Positions 9,409-18,492 of a DNA stretch of 64,000 nt are shown here, one piece after another. The notes beneath the pieces are model-generated. The model did not search any database. It was not told the origin of the DNA and worked only from the letters and a program-made list of their open reading frames with translations. Numbering within the stretch: position 1 is the first letter of the stretch; each line of letters starts with the position of its first letter. Origin of the DNA: an uncultured Chloroflexia bacterium (lineage in GTDB: Bacteria; Chloroflexota; Limnocylindria; Limnocylindrales; CSP1-4); NCBI GenBank assembly GCA_963776545.1, contig CAVZND010000011.1, forward strand, positions 99,487 to 163,486, in the 5' to 3' direction. A program made the translations under genes and the position numbers.

Positions 9409-10680
9409 CTACCTGAGGTGCTCCGCGCGGGCTTCGGCGGCCAGCCGGTCGCGGAAGTCGGGGTGGGCGATCGCGATCATCGCGGCGGCGCGTTCCCGCA
9501 GGCTTCGCCCGAACAGTTCGGCGATCCCCCACTCGGTCACGACGGTCCGGACATGGGCTCGCGTGGTGACGACGCCGGCGCCCGGGTGCAGGATCGGCAC
9601 GATCCGTGACACCGTCCCGTTCGCCGCCGTCGACGGCATCGCGATGATCGAGCGGCCCTGCTCGGCAAGGGCCGCGCCACGGATGAAGTCCATCTGGCCG
9701 CCGACGCCCGAATACAGGCGTTGCCCGATCGAATCGGCCGCGACCTGGCCCGACAGGTCGACCTCGATCGCCGAGTTGATAGCCACCATCCGGTCGAACG
9801 TGCGGATGACCTGCGTGTCATTCGTGAAGTCGACAGAGCGCATCTCGACCATCGGGTTGTCATCGACGAAGTCGTACAGGCGCTTGGACCCCATCACGAA
9901 GGCAGTGACGAGCTTGCCCCGGTTGCGCTCCTTGCGGGTGCCGGTGACCACGCCCGCCTCGACGAGGTCCGCGACCGCGTCGGTGAACATCTCGGTGTGG
10001 ATGCCCAGCTCATGCTTGTCGCCGAGCGCCATCGCGGTGGCTGCCGGGATGGCCCCGATGCCAAGCTGCATCGTCGCTCCGTCGGGCACGAGCTCTGCGA
10101 CGAACTCGCCGATGCGCTGCTCGATGGCGCCGATCGGCCCGATCGAGTACTCGTAGGGCGGTTGGTCGACCTCGATCGCGAGGTCGATCGAATCGACGTG
10201 GATGAAGCTCTCGCCGAGCGTCCTCGGCATGGAGCGGTTGAACTGGACGACGACGACCTTGGCGGCGCGGATGGCGGCGTGCATCGCTTCGACGCTCGTG
10301 CCGAGCGAGCAGAACCCATGGCGGTCCGGCGGCGTGGCATTCACGAACACGACGTCGATCGGTAGCGCCCCGGAGTCGAACAGCCGCGGGACGTCTGACA
10401 GGAAGACCGGCACGTAGTCGGCCCGGCCCTCGTTGACCGCCGCCCGAGCGTTCGGTCCGATGAACAGCGCCCGGTGCCGGAAGTGGGTGGCCATCTCGGG
10501 TGCGAGGTGCGGCCCCGGCCCCTCGACGTGGAGGTGGACGATGCCGACGTCATGGAGTTCCGGCGCCCGCGCGACCAGGGCGTCGAGCAGGACCGATGGC
10601 ACCGCCGCCGCGCACTGCAGGTACACCTGCTCGCCCGAACGGACGCCGGATACGGCCTCGGCAGGCGTGACGATGCGCAT
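9409..10680 (-). CDS. acetyl-CoA hydrolase/transferase family protein (4-hydroxybutyrate CoA-transferase-like)
   Basis: Real start is ATG 10680 (MRIVTPAEAVSGVRSGEQV...) within the 1125-aa ORF. The rest of that ORF is antisense to the ATPase gene. Family-typical C-terminal blocks present (GGQMDFIRGA..., HPDFRD). Confidence 0.88.
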   Translation of the reverse strand: MRIVTPAEAVSGVRSGEQVYLQCAAAVPSVLLDALVARAPELHDVGIVHLHVEGPGPHLAPEMATHFRHRALFIGPNARAAVNEGRADYVPVFLSDVPRLFDSGALPIDVVFVNATPPDRHGFCSLGTSVEAMHAAIRAAKVVVVQFNRSMPRTLGESFIHVDSIDLAIEVDQPPYEYSIGPIGAIEQRIGEFVAELVPDGATMQLGIGAIPAATAMALGDKHELGIHTEMFTDAVADLVEAGVVTGTRKERNRGKLVTAFVMGSKRLYDFVDDNPMVEMRSVDFTNDTQVIRTFDRMVAINSAIEVDLSGQVAADSIGQRLYSGVGGQMDFIRGAALAEQGRSIIAMPSTAANGTVSRIVPILHPGAGVVTTRAHVRTVVTEWGIAELFGRSLRERAAAMIAIAHPDFRDRLAAEARAEHLR

Positions 10681-10741
10681 GTCCCGAAGTGTATGGGCGC
10701 CGACCTGGCGCAGCCGGCTGCCGAGCGGACCCTGGCCGCGG

Positions 10742-10770
10742 GCCACACGGACCGCCCGCAGGTGACCGAC
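10742..10770 (+). promoter_or_regulatory. candidate regulator-binding motif GCCACACGGACCG-N8-TGACC (copy 2)
   Basis: Same 13-mer and TGACC spacing as 6951..6979. Lies in the divergent CoA-transferase/ldh operon versus P-type ATPase intergenic region. Confidence 0.3.
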
Positions 10771-10812
10771 GGCTCCCACCGACTCCCGGGCGCCGGTGGC
10801 ACGATTCCCACC

Positions 10813-13359
10813 ATGCAGGAGCGAGGACCGGTGTGGGCCGTCGCGGACGCCCACGCCCGGCCCGCATCCGATGTCGCCGCAGCCCTCGAGCTCGATCCCG
10901 CCGTGGGCCTGTCGGCCGAAGACGTCCCTCGGCGACGAGCGGCCGTCGGAACCAACGAGTTGCAGGCGGCGCCTCCCCCGTCGCTGCTGAAGACGGTCCT
11001 CAAGGCCGTTTCCGAGCCGTTCGTCGTCCTGCTCTTCGTGGCCGGAGCCCTGGCGGTCGCGCTCGGTGAGGTCCGCGACGGCCTCCTGGTCCTCGTGGGG
11101 TTGCTCCCGATCGTCGGCGCGGACGTGGTCACGAGCTACCGCGGCGAGCACGCCCTCGCAGCGCTGCGCGACGCCACGGCCCCGCGCGCCCGGGTCCGCC
11201 GGGACGGGACCGTCGAGGACATCGCCGCCGCGGACCTCGTGCCAGGTGATCTCGTGCTGCTGCGCACGGGCGAGGTCGTGCCCGCGGACCTTCGGGTCAT
11301 CGGATCCGCGGGGCTGCTGGTGGATCGCAGCATCCTGACCGGCGAATCGGTCCCTGAGCTCGCGTCGATCGAGCCGGATCCGCCGGCTGCCACGGCGCCG
11401 GAACGCCGGTCCGTGGCGTTCGCCGGAACGGCGGTCGTCGGCGGTCGCGGTGAGGGCATCACGTTCGCCACCGGTCCTGCCACCGAACTCGGCCGCATCG
11501 CGCATGGCCTGGCGGCGACCGAGCGACGACGATCGCCGCTGCAGCGCGAGCTCGATCGGCTGGTGCGCATCCTCCTCGTCGTCGCGATCGGCCTCATCGC
11601 GATCACGGTCGGGCTCGGATTCGCCCGCGGCAATCCGGCGGGCGAGAACCTGATCGCGGGTATCTCGGCTGCGATCGCGGCGATCCCCGAGGAGCCGCCG
11701 GTCCTCCTCGCCGTCATCCTGGGCCTTGGCGCCTACCGACTCCTGCGTCGGGGCGTCCTGGTCCGACGACTGAGCGCCGAGGAGACGCTCGGGGCGGTCG
11801 ACCTGATCATCACCGACAAGACCGGGACACTCACGGAGAACCGCCTCGCGGTCCAGGCGATCCTGACCCCGGACGGCCCCGTCGCCGACCCCGTCCAGCG
11901 GCGCGTCGTCCTTGCGACCGCGCTTCGGGCCGAGGAAGACGCGTGGCACGTCGTGACTGGTGCGGCGGCGGGGTCGTTCACGCGCGCCCTGCTCGAAGCT
12001 GCCGACGAGGCCGGCGATGTCCCTCGACCGGATCCGCGCGACCTGCGCTCCGGGGAAGGACCGGTCGATGGTCGGCCGTACTCGATGACGTGGTGCGCGA
12101 CGGCTCCCGACGGTTCGGACGAGGGCCTGGCCATCGGCGCCCCCGAGGCCGTCCTCGCGCTCCCGCTGTGCGAGACCGTCGACGTCGAAGCCTGGTCCGC
12201 GCTCGTCGAGCGCGAGGCGGCCGGTGGCGGGCGGCTGCTGCTCCTCGCCCGGGCCGGGGCGTCCCGCCGCTGGGAGCCCCTGGCGATCATCGCGTTCGCC
12301 GACGGCCTGCGCGCCGGCGTCGCAGAGGCGATCGTGACGGCGAGGGCCGCCGGCATCCAGACCGTCGTGGTGACCGGCGACCACCCCGCGACGGCCGCCA
12401 CGATCGCGAACGCGGCCGGCATCCCGGCGGGAACGGCCGTGCTCGGCAGCGACCTGGGCGCGTGGAGCGATGACCGCCTGTCGGCCGAGCTCGGGCGACT
12501 GACGATCGTGGCGCGGGCTGTGCCCGAGGACAAGCTGCGGATCGTCGACGTCGCCAGGGAGGCCGGGCGGACCATCGCGGTGACCGGCGACGGGGTCAAT
12601 GACGCCCCGGCGCTCCAGCACGCCGACGTCGCGGTCGCGATGGGCAGCGGGACGGCCGTCGCCCGCGACGCCTCGGACCTCGTCCTCGGTGACGACTCGT
12701 TCGCCACGCTGATGTACGGCCTCCGTGAAGGCCGTCGGATCGTGGCCAACGTCCAGAAGGGCCTCGTCTTCATCGTCTCGACCCACGTCGCACTACTCGG
12801 CTTCATCCTGATCGCCACGGTCGTGGGGTACTCGCAGCCGCTGCTACCGATCCAGATCCTGTGGCTGGAGCTGTTCATCGACCTCTCTACGTCGGTGGCG
12901 TTCGAGCGGGAACCGGAGGAGCCCGGGGCGATGGCTCGACCACCGCGAGCCCGCGGGCGGCCGCTCCTCACCCGCGGCCTGTTAACGCGGACCGCGTTCG
13001 CCGGCGGGTTCACCGCCGTCGCGGCCCTCGCGCTGATGAGCTCGCACGGCGGATCGCCCGATGACGCTCGGTGGCTGGCGTACACGGCGCTCGTGGTCGG
13101 GCAGGTGGTGCGGGCCTACGGCAACCGGAGCCTCTCCCGCCCGGTGACCTCGTTGCGTCCCAACGGCCTGCTGGCCGCGGCGGTCCTGATCGTGATCGTG
13201 GTGCAGGCGTCGATCCCGCTGATCCCGCCGCTCGCCGAAGCGTTCCGTGCGACGCCACTCGACACCACGGAGTGGATCCTGGTCGCTGTGATCGCGCTCG
13301 CGCCGTTCCTGCTCGCCGAGGTCATCCGCCGGGCGACCGGCCGTGAGTGGGTGGCCTGA
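10813..13359 (+). CDS. cation-translocating P-type ATPase (P2/Ca2+-ATPase-like)
   Basis: ATG 10813 (MQERGPVWAVADAH...). N-terminal cation-ATPase domain (LSAEDVPRRRAAVGTNEL), TGES, phosphorylation site DKTGTLT, hinge TGDGVNDAPAL. Confidence 0.9.
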   Translation: MQERGPVWAVADAHARPASDVAAALELDPAVGLSAEDVPRRRAAVGTNELQAAPPPSLLKTVLKAVSEPFVVLLFVAGALAVALGEVRDGLLVLVGLLPIVGADVVTSYRGEHALAALRDATAPRARVRRDGTVEDIAAADLVPGDLVLLRTGEVVPADLRVIGSAGLLVDRSILTGESVPELASIEPDPPAATAPERRSVAFAGTAVVGGRGEGITFATGPATELGRIAHGLAATERRRSPLQRELDRLVRILLVVAIGLIAITVGLGFARGNPAGENLIAGISAAIAAIPEEPPVLLAVILGLGAYRLLRRGVLVRRLSAEETLGAVDLIITDKTGTLTENRLAVQAILTPDGPVADPVQRRVVLATALRAEEDAWHVVTGAAAGSFTRALLEAADEAGDVPRPDPRDLRSGEGPVDGRPYSMTWCATAPDGSDEGLAIGAPEAVLALPLCETVDVEAWSALVEREAAGGGRLLLLARAGASRRWEPLAIIAFADGLRAGVAEAIVTARAAGIQTVVVTGDHPATAATIANAAGIPAGTAVLGSDLGAWSDDRLSAELGRLTIVARAVPEDKLRIVDVAREAGRTIAVTGDGVNDAPALQHADVAVAMGSGTAVARDASDLVLGDDSFATLMYGLREGRRIVANVQKGLVFIVSTHVALLGFILIATVVGYSQPLLPIQILWLELFIDLSTSVAFEREPEEPGAMARPPRARGRPLLTRGLLTRTAFAGGFTAVAALALMSSHGGSPDDARWLAYTALVVGQVVRAYGNRSLSRPVTSLRPNGLLAAAVLIVIVVQASIPLIPPLAEAFRATPLDTTEWILVAVIALAPFLLAEVIRRATGREWVA

Positions 13360-13457
13360 GCGCCGTCGATGCGATCACTCGGCACCGGCCGTCGGACCCG
13401 GCGTCGCGTGACCTTCGGCATCTGGCGGTTCGATGGCTCGACTGCCACGCTCGAGCC

Positions 13458-13985
13458 ATGCCTGAGACCGCGACCATCCCCGCCGCCATCACGATCAGAC
13501 CCATCGAGCCTGGCGATCGGGTCGCGCTGACCCGGTTCTACGAAACGCTCTCCGCCGATAGCCTGAGCGACCGGTTCCATGGCGCCTGCCGAGGCATCGC
13601 CGACAGGGCCGCGGGACGGTTCTGCGGGCCAGATCACGAACACCGTGAAGGGATCGTGGCCGTCCTGCCGGGCGAGGGTGGCGGACCGCCGCGGATCGTC
13701 GGTCATCTGTGCCTCGAACCCAACGCGCCGGGAGAGGTCGAGATGGCGGTCGCCGTCGCGGACGCCTTCCACCGGCGCGGCATCGGTCGCGCGCTGCTCG
13801 CCGGGGCGATCCGCTGGGCTCACGGGCAAGGCATCCGTCGGCTCCGGGCATCGATGCGATGGAGCAATGGGGCGATCATCTCGCTCGTCCGTTCGAGCGG
13901 CCATGCGGTGACCTGGAGCACGCCACGCGACGGCGACCTCGACGCGGTCCTCGACGTCGAGGCCTCCATGTCCACGGCCGCCTGA
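13458..13985 (+). CDS. GNAT family N-acetyltransferase
   Basis: Acetyl-CoA binding block VADAFHRRGIGRALLAGAIRWA. ATG 13458 within ORF 13347..13985. Confidence 0.8.
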   Translation: MPETATIPAAITIRPIEPGDRVALTRFYETLSADSLSDRFHGACRGIADRAAGRFCGPDHEHREGIVAVLPGEGGGPPRIVGHLCLEPNAPGEVEMAVAVADAFHRRGIGRALLAGAIRWAHGQGIRRLRASMRWSNGAIISLVRSSGHAVTWSTPRDGDLDAVLDVEASMSTAA

Positions 13986-14009
13986 GCACATCAGACCCGC
14001 CGCGCATAC

Positions 14010-14040
14010 GAATGGGCCCGTCGGATCGACGGGCCCATTC
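14010..14040. terminator. perfect 14-bp stem hairpin between convergent genes
   Basis: GAATGGGCCCGTCG-gat-CGACGGGCCCATTC. Lies between the GNAT stop (13985) and the stop of the minus-strand membrane protein gene (14092). Confidence 0.5.
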
Positions 14041-14091
14041 CGTTCCGCCTGAGACCCCAGGTGCGTCAGGCGGATCTCCCCGCTGGAGTGT

Positions 14092-14406
14092 TCAAGCGGA
14101 CATCGCCCCGTGGGTGTAGTGACCGCCTGTGATATAGCGCGTGGCCACCTCGACGAGGAGGCCGACCGCAAGGCCGCCGATCAGGGCCGGCACGATCGCG
14201 AGGCCGTCCCACACGGGTCCGGCTGTCTGCCAGGCCACGATGAACTCACTCGCGAAGAGTGCGCCGATGCCCGCTGCGACCGCGTCGACGACCCACTCAA
14301 ATCCCGTCTTGGTCTCGCCGATGAACTGAGCGATGACGCCGAAGACGATCGATCCGACGATCAGCAACGCGGCACCCCACATTCCGAGCTCGATGGTGAA
14401 CTCCAT
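14092..14406 (-). CDS. small integral membrane protein (GlsB/YeaQ/YmgE-like)
   Basis: Three or four TM helices rich in G/A/I. ATG 14406 is preceded by GGAAGGAGG. Confidence 0.75.
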   Translation of the reverse strand: MEFTIELGMWGAALLIVGSIVFGVIAQFIGETKTGFEWVVDAVAAGIGALFASEFIVAWQTAGPVWDGLAIVPALIGGLAVGLLVEVATRYITGGHYTHGAMSA

Positions 14407-14665
14407 GGTCGTGCCTCCTTCCGAGGACATCGAGAACGCGTGCCTCGTGACCCCATGGTCAGCGGCACGTCGATCGACCGGCAGTGCCCGGAGTCATCGA
14501 TGCGCCGGGCGCCTCGGCCCGATCCGCACACCCGACAGATCCGGCCGATCACCCACGACGGGCTGCCCGGCTCCCGCGATCGTGACCGATGGCCCGTGCC
14601 CAGACCGTCGGGCCGTCACCACGATTCGGAGATCGAGCATCGAAATCGCCCGTTCGGAGGACGCC

Positions 14666-15235
14666 ATGGACACCGTGCTGGCGACCCGACCATCCATTCG
14701 GGATCTCGATATGGGACCTGGCAGGATCGTCAGCGCGCCCGCGACGATCAAGGTGGAAGTTCTCGCCTGCGGGGCCGCTGACCAGGGTGACGATGCCGCC
14801 CCGATCATCGCCATGGCCGCGCTCACCCCTCGGCTCCCCGATGACGTCGAGGTCCGGGCGATCGAGCGCCTCGACATCGACGATCTCCTGGCCGTGCCCG
14901 AAGGCGCGGGCGTGGTCGTCATCGACACGGTCGGCGGTGTCGATCCGGGCTGGGTGATCCAGATCCCGTTCGCCGGCCTGGTCGGCCGCGAGTCGGGCGT
15001 GATCCTGCGTTCGTCACGGGCCTTGTCCGTGCCCGGGACGATCGGACTGGCGTCGATGATCCATCGACTGCCGATGGTCGGGATCGCAGTGGTGATCGGC
15101 GGCGTGAACTTCGGGCTTGGCGACGCCCTCAGCTGGCCGGTGGTCGCTGGGCTGGGGACCTACCGGACGTCGATCCTCCAGGCGATCGACCACGTCCGCC
15201 GCGACGTCACGACCCGACCCCTCGCCGCGAGGTAG
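14666..15235 (+). CDS. hypothetical protein with weak, degenerate similarity to hydrogenase maturation endopeptidases (HycI/HyaD)
   Basis: ATG 14666, 5 nt after GGAGG. VEVLACGAADQGDDAAP resembles the GxGNxxxGDDGxG start of these proteases and VVVIDTV resembles the family's acidic strand. Other catalytic positions are not obvious. Confidence 0.55.
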   Translation: MDTVLATRPSIRDLDMGPGRIVSAPATIKVEVLACGAADQGDDAAPIIAMAALTPRLPDDVEVRAIERLDIDDLLAVPEGAGVVVIDTVGGVDPGWVIQIPFAGLVGRESGVILRSSRALSVPGTIGLASMIHRLPMVGIAVVIGGVNFGLGDALSWPVVAGLGTYRTSILQAIDHVRRDVTTRPLAAR

Positions 15236-15382
15236 CCGACCCGGGCCGGACGGCCCCGACCGCGTCCGAACCTCCCATTCGAATCGGGCCATGCGGCACG
15301 GTCGCGTGCCGGGTGCTCGCTCCCAGACTTCCGAAAACGATCCGTCCCGACTCCGGGTGAGGCCGAAAAGGAGCAGCCAGGC

Positions 15383-16786
15383 ATGCGTCGCGTCTCGTTG
15401 GTCTCCCTGCTCGTGCTGATCCTCGTCGGCTGCACGACCGTCACGTCCGGAGGCTGGACGTACGCGCCGCCGTCGGCCGCGACCGTGGCGGCTGCTCAGC
15501 CGTCCAGTCCGGCCAGCGCATCGCCCGCAGCGGCAGCCGCAGGCGGCTCCTTCACGGTCAAGGCCTTCGACCTCGGGTTCACGCCATCCAACGTGACGGT
15601 CCCGGCGGCCGGCACCTACGACGTGACGTTCGAGAACACCGGCGCCATGGCCCATGACCTCACGTTCGCGGACGGCACGAAGATCGCGGCCGACCCCGGG
15701 GCGACCGTCTCCGGCGCGGTGTCCATCCCGGAAGCCGGGCTTTCGTTCATCTGCTCCATCCCCGGCCATGAGGCGGCCGGCATGAAGGGAGCCGTGGCCG
15801 TCGGAGCGACCGCCGCCGCCTCGCCGGCCGCTTCACCCGCCGCCTCGCCGAGCGGTGACTCCCACGGCGGGCCGTTGCCGGCCGGCGACGTGCAGGCGGA
15901 CCCGAACGCGCCGGCATACGTGCCGAGGGACGCCACCGCACCCGCCCTGTTGCCGGGCACGGTCCATGACATCGACCTCGTCATCACCGAGCAGGAGAAG
16001 ACGATCGCGGCGGGCTTCGTCCAGAAGGTCTGGACATTCGGCGGGGACGTCCCGGGCCCGGTCATCCGCGTCAAGGTCGGCGACACCATCCGCGTCCACC
16101 TGAAGAACCCCAAGGAGAACCAGCTCTCGCACTCGGTCGACTTCCACGCGAGCCAGGTGGCCTGGAATGACGAGATGACCTCCATCAACCCCGGCGAGGA
16201 GAAGCTCTACGAATGGCGGGCCGACTACGCCGGCGTGTGGATGTACCACTGCGGGACGAACCCCGCCCTGCACCACATCGCCAACGGCATGTACGGCATG
16301 GTCATCGTCGAGCCGGCCGCGGGCCTGCCCAAGGTCGACAAGGAGTTCGCCATCGTCCAGAGCGAGTGGTACCTCGGTCCGCAGGGCAAGGAGACCGATC
16401 TCGCGAAGGCCATGGCCGCCGCGCCGGCGCCGGACCTCGTGTTGTTCAACGGGATCGCGAACCAGTACAAGGACCACCCCCTCGTGGTCGGGACCGGTGA
16501 GCGTGTCCGGATCTTCGTCCTCAACGCCGGCCCGTCGGTCGACAGCTCGTTCCACATCGTGGGCACGATCTTCGACACCGTCACCAAGGAGGGCGTCGCG
16601 CTCAAGCGTGGCAACGACGGCAACTGGGGCGGCCAGGCCATGGACCTGGCTCCGGCCCAGGGCGGCTATGTCGAGTTCATCACGGCCGAAGATGGGCTGT
16701 ACCCGATCGTCACCCACGCGTTCAACTTCGTCGGGCGTGGCGCGCTTGGTCTGGTCCAGGCGGGCGACGGCGACCCCAAGAACTGA
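15383..16786 (+). CDS. nirK: copper-containing nitrite reductase with N-terminal fused cupredoxin domain, lipoprotein
   Basis: Lipobox LILVGC. Cupredoxin module (FENTGAMAHDLTF...FICSIPGHEAAGMKG). NirK motifs SHSVDFHASQ and WMYHCGTNPALHHIANGMYG. RBS AAAAGGAG lies upstream. Confidence 0.88.
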   Translation: MRRVSLVSLLVLILVGCTTVTSGGWTYAPPSAATVAAAQPSSPASASPAAAAAGGSFTVKAFDLGFTPSNVTVPAAGTYDVTFENTGAMAHDLTFADGTKIAADPGATVSGAVSIPEAGLSFICSIPGHEAAGMKGAVAVGATAAASPAASPAASPSGDSHGGPLPAGDVQADPNAPAYVPRDATAPALLPGTVHDIDLVITEQEKTIAAGFVQKVWTFGGDVPGPVIRVKVGDTIRVHLKNPKENQLSHSVDFHASQVAWNDEMTSINPGEEKLYEWRADYAGVWMYHCGTNPALHHIANGMYGMVIVEPAAGLPKVDKEFAIVQSEWYLGPQGKETDLAKAMAAAPAPDLVLFNGIANQYKDHPLVVGTGERVRIFVLNAGPSVDSSFHIVGTIFDTVTKEGVALKRGNDGNWGGQAMDLAPAQGGYVEFITAEDGLYPIVTHAFNFVGRGALGLVQAGDGDPKN

Positions 16787-16813
16787 TCGCGATCGAGACG
16801 ACGACCAAGGCAG

Positions 16814-17386
16814 ATGGAGAACGCGCTCGTGGCCGATGATGCGAAGCCGGAGACGTCCATTCCGATGGAGGGACTGGACGACGCCCGGATCGACCGGGGG
16901 TCCGTGCCCTTGCGCGCCGAGGCGCGGGCGCGGGTCCGCGTCGAGGTCGTGCCACGGCTGCTTGACGGGCTGACCTGGCTCGGCGAGGAGATCGCGGCGG
17001 ACGAGCGCGGGATGCGGCGCGTGTCGAGCGATCTCGTGCTCGGTGTCGGTGCCGAGCGGCCGGTCACGTTCCACAAGTCGATGATCGTCAGCATCGGCCC
17101 GCCGCGACGCCAGTCCGACGGCTGGACCGCGGCGATCGAGTGGCAATCGGCCAGCCTCATGCCGCTCTTCCCGGTCTTCGTCGGCTACGTCAGGATCGAA
17201 CCCGAGCGAGTCGCGCTCGTCGGCCACTACGCCCCGCCCTTCGGGATCGTCGGGGCGGTCCTCGACCGGGCGCTGCTCGGGATCGCGGCCCGCGCGACCG
17301 CGAATGTCATCGTCGGCAAGTTCGTCGACGCGCTGACGGGCGATCCAGCCGACGACGAGCAGGCCCATCGGCACCGCCCCTCGTGA
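16814..17386 (+). CDS. hypothetical protein
   Basis: High GC3 and protein-like composition, immediately downstream of nirK. The overlapping 530-aa minus ORF looks like an antisense artefact. Confidence 0.65.
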   Translation: MENALVADDAKPETSIPMEGLDDARIDRGSVPLRAEARARVRVEVVPRLLDGLTWLGEEIAADERGMRRVSSDLVLGVGAERPVTFHKSMIVSIGPPRRQSDGWTAAIEWQSASLMPLFPVFVGYVRIEPERVALVGHYAPPFGIVGAVLDRALLGIAARATANVIVGKFVDALTGDPADDEQAHRHRPS

Positions 17387-17475
17387 CCTTGCGCTCTGGC
17401 TCACCCGGCGACGCCGTCCGACCATCGAAGGCGACCGCGCGTACGTCGTACTGAGGCAGCCAAGGGGAGATCGTC

Positions 17476-18390
17476 ATGGGTCACCGTCGAGTCGTCGCTC
17501 TCGTCGCCGGCATCGGCGGGCTCGCCGCCGTTGCGAGCGCCGCAGGCGTCTTCCTGCGCGGTGACCTCGCGACGATGCCGTTCGTCACGGTCCGGGGCGA
17601 AACGGTCGACGTCCTGACCGACGGCATCTACCGGTTCAACGGCAAGCCGGTGGCCGCCGAAGGCGTCGGGTGGGACGCGGTCACGTTGTTCCTCGTGCTC
17701 CCGGCCCTTGCCATGCTGCTGCCGGCGCTGTGGCGCGGCACGTTGCCCGCCCGTCTGGCCACGACCGGCATCCTCGCCTACCTCCTGTACCAGTACTTCG
17801 AGTACGCGACGTTCCTGGCCTACGGGCCGCTGTTCGCGGTGTACGTCGCGATCGCCGGGCTGAGTGTCGTCGCCATCGTGTTGCTTGTGGCCGAGATCGA
17901 GGTCGCCCGGCTGGGCGACCGGTTCACGGCGCGATTCCCGCGGCGGGGGGCCGTGGCGCTCGGGCTGTTCATGGCCGCATTGCTGTCCGTCATGTGGCTG
18001 CCACTGATCGCGCGAACGTTCGGCGACGAGGTCGTCGAGGAGCTGGCCGGAGCGACGACCCTCGTCGTCCAGGCCTTCGACCTCGCGCTCCTGGTCCCGC
18101 TCGGGCTCTTCATGGCGGTGAGCGTGTACCGGCGGCTCCCTGTCGGCTACCTCCTGGCCTCGGTCGTGGTCGTCAAGGCCATCGCGATGGCGACGGCGAT
18201 CGTCGCGATGCTCCTCTTCGAGGGGGCCGCGACCGGCGAACTCGCCGTGGTCCCGATCGCGATCTTCGCCCTGACCGCGCTCGCCAGTGCGGCGCTCGGG
18301 GCGCGCGTCTATCGCTCCATCTCACCAGAAGGAACACCGGTCCCGGCCGCACGCCCTGGCGATCGGGCGACGACCTCGGCGTTCGGGTAG
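17476..18390 (+). CDS. integral membrane protein, function unknown
   Basis: RBS AAGGGGAG upstream. Signal/anchor, a soluble loop, then about 6 TM helices. Confidence 0.8.
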   Translation: MGHRRVVALVAGIGGLAAVASAAGVFLRGDLATMPFVTVRGETVDVLTDGIYRFNGKPVAAEGVGWDAVTLFLVLPALAMLLPALWRGTLPARLATTGILAYLLYQYFEYATFLAYGPLFAVYVAIAGLSVVAIVLLVAEIEVARLGDRFTARFPRRGAVALGLFMAALLSVMWLPLIARTFGDEVVEELAGATTLVVQAFDLALLVPLGLFMAVSVYRRLPVGYLLASVVVVKAIAMATAIVAMLLFEGAATGELAVVPIAIFALTALASAALGARVYRSISPEGTPVPAARPGDRATTSAFG

Positions 18391-18492
18391 CCGCGGTTCG
18401 CGCGCTGGGGGACTGCTAGGCTCTCGGCTGGCGCAGCAGCGTCACGGCACCGACCTGCGGGAGCGCCTGTCGGCCGATCAGGGAGGTGTCCC

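Noticed and set aside
10681-12786. N-terminal ~700 aa of the 1125-aa minus-strand ORF 9409..12786
   Set aside because: Arg/Asp/Gly-rich low-complexity translation that is exactly antisense to the well-supported P-type ATPase gene. The CoA-transferase homology begins at the internal ATG 10680.
15833-17425. 530-aa minus-strand ORF overlapping nirK and the following gene
   Set aside because: No recognisable motifs and antisense-type composition (R/D/V/G rich). It is fully covered by plus-strand genes with clear motifs (nirK) and good GC3.
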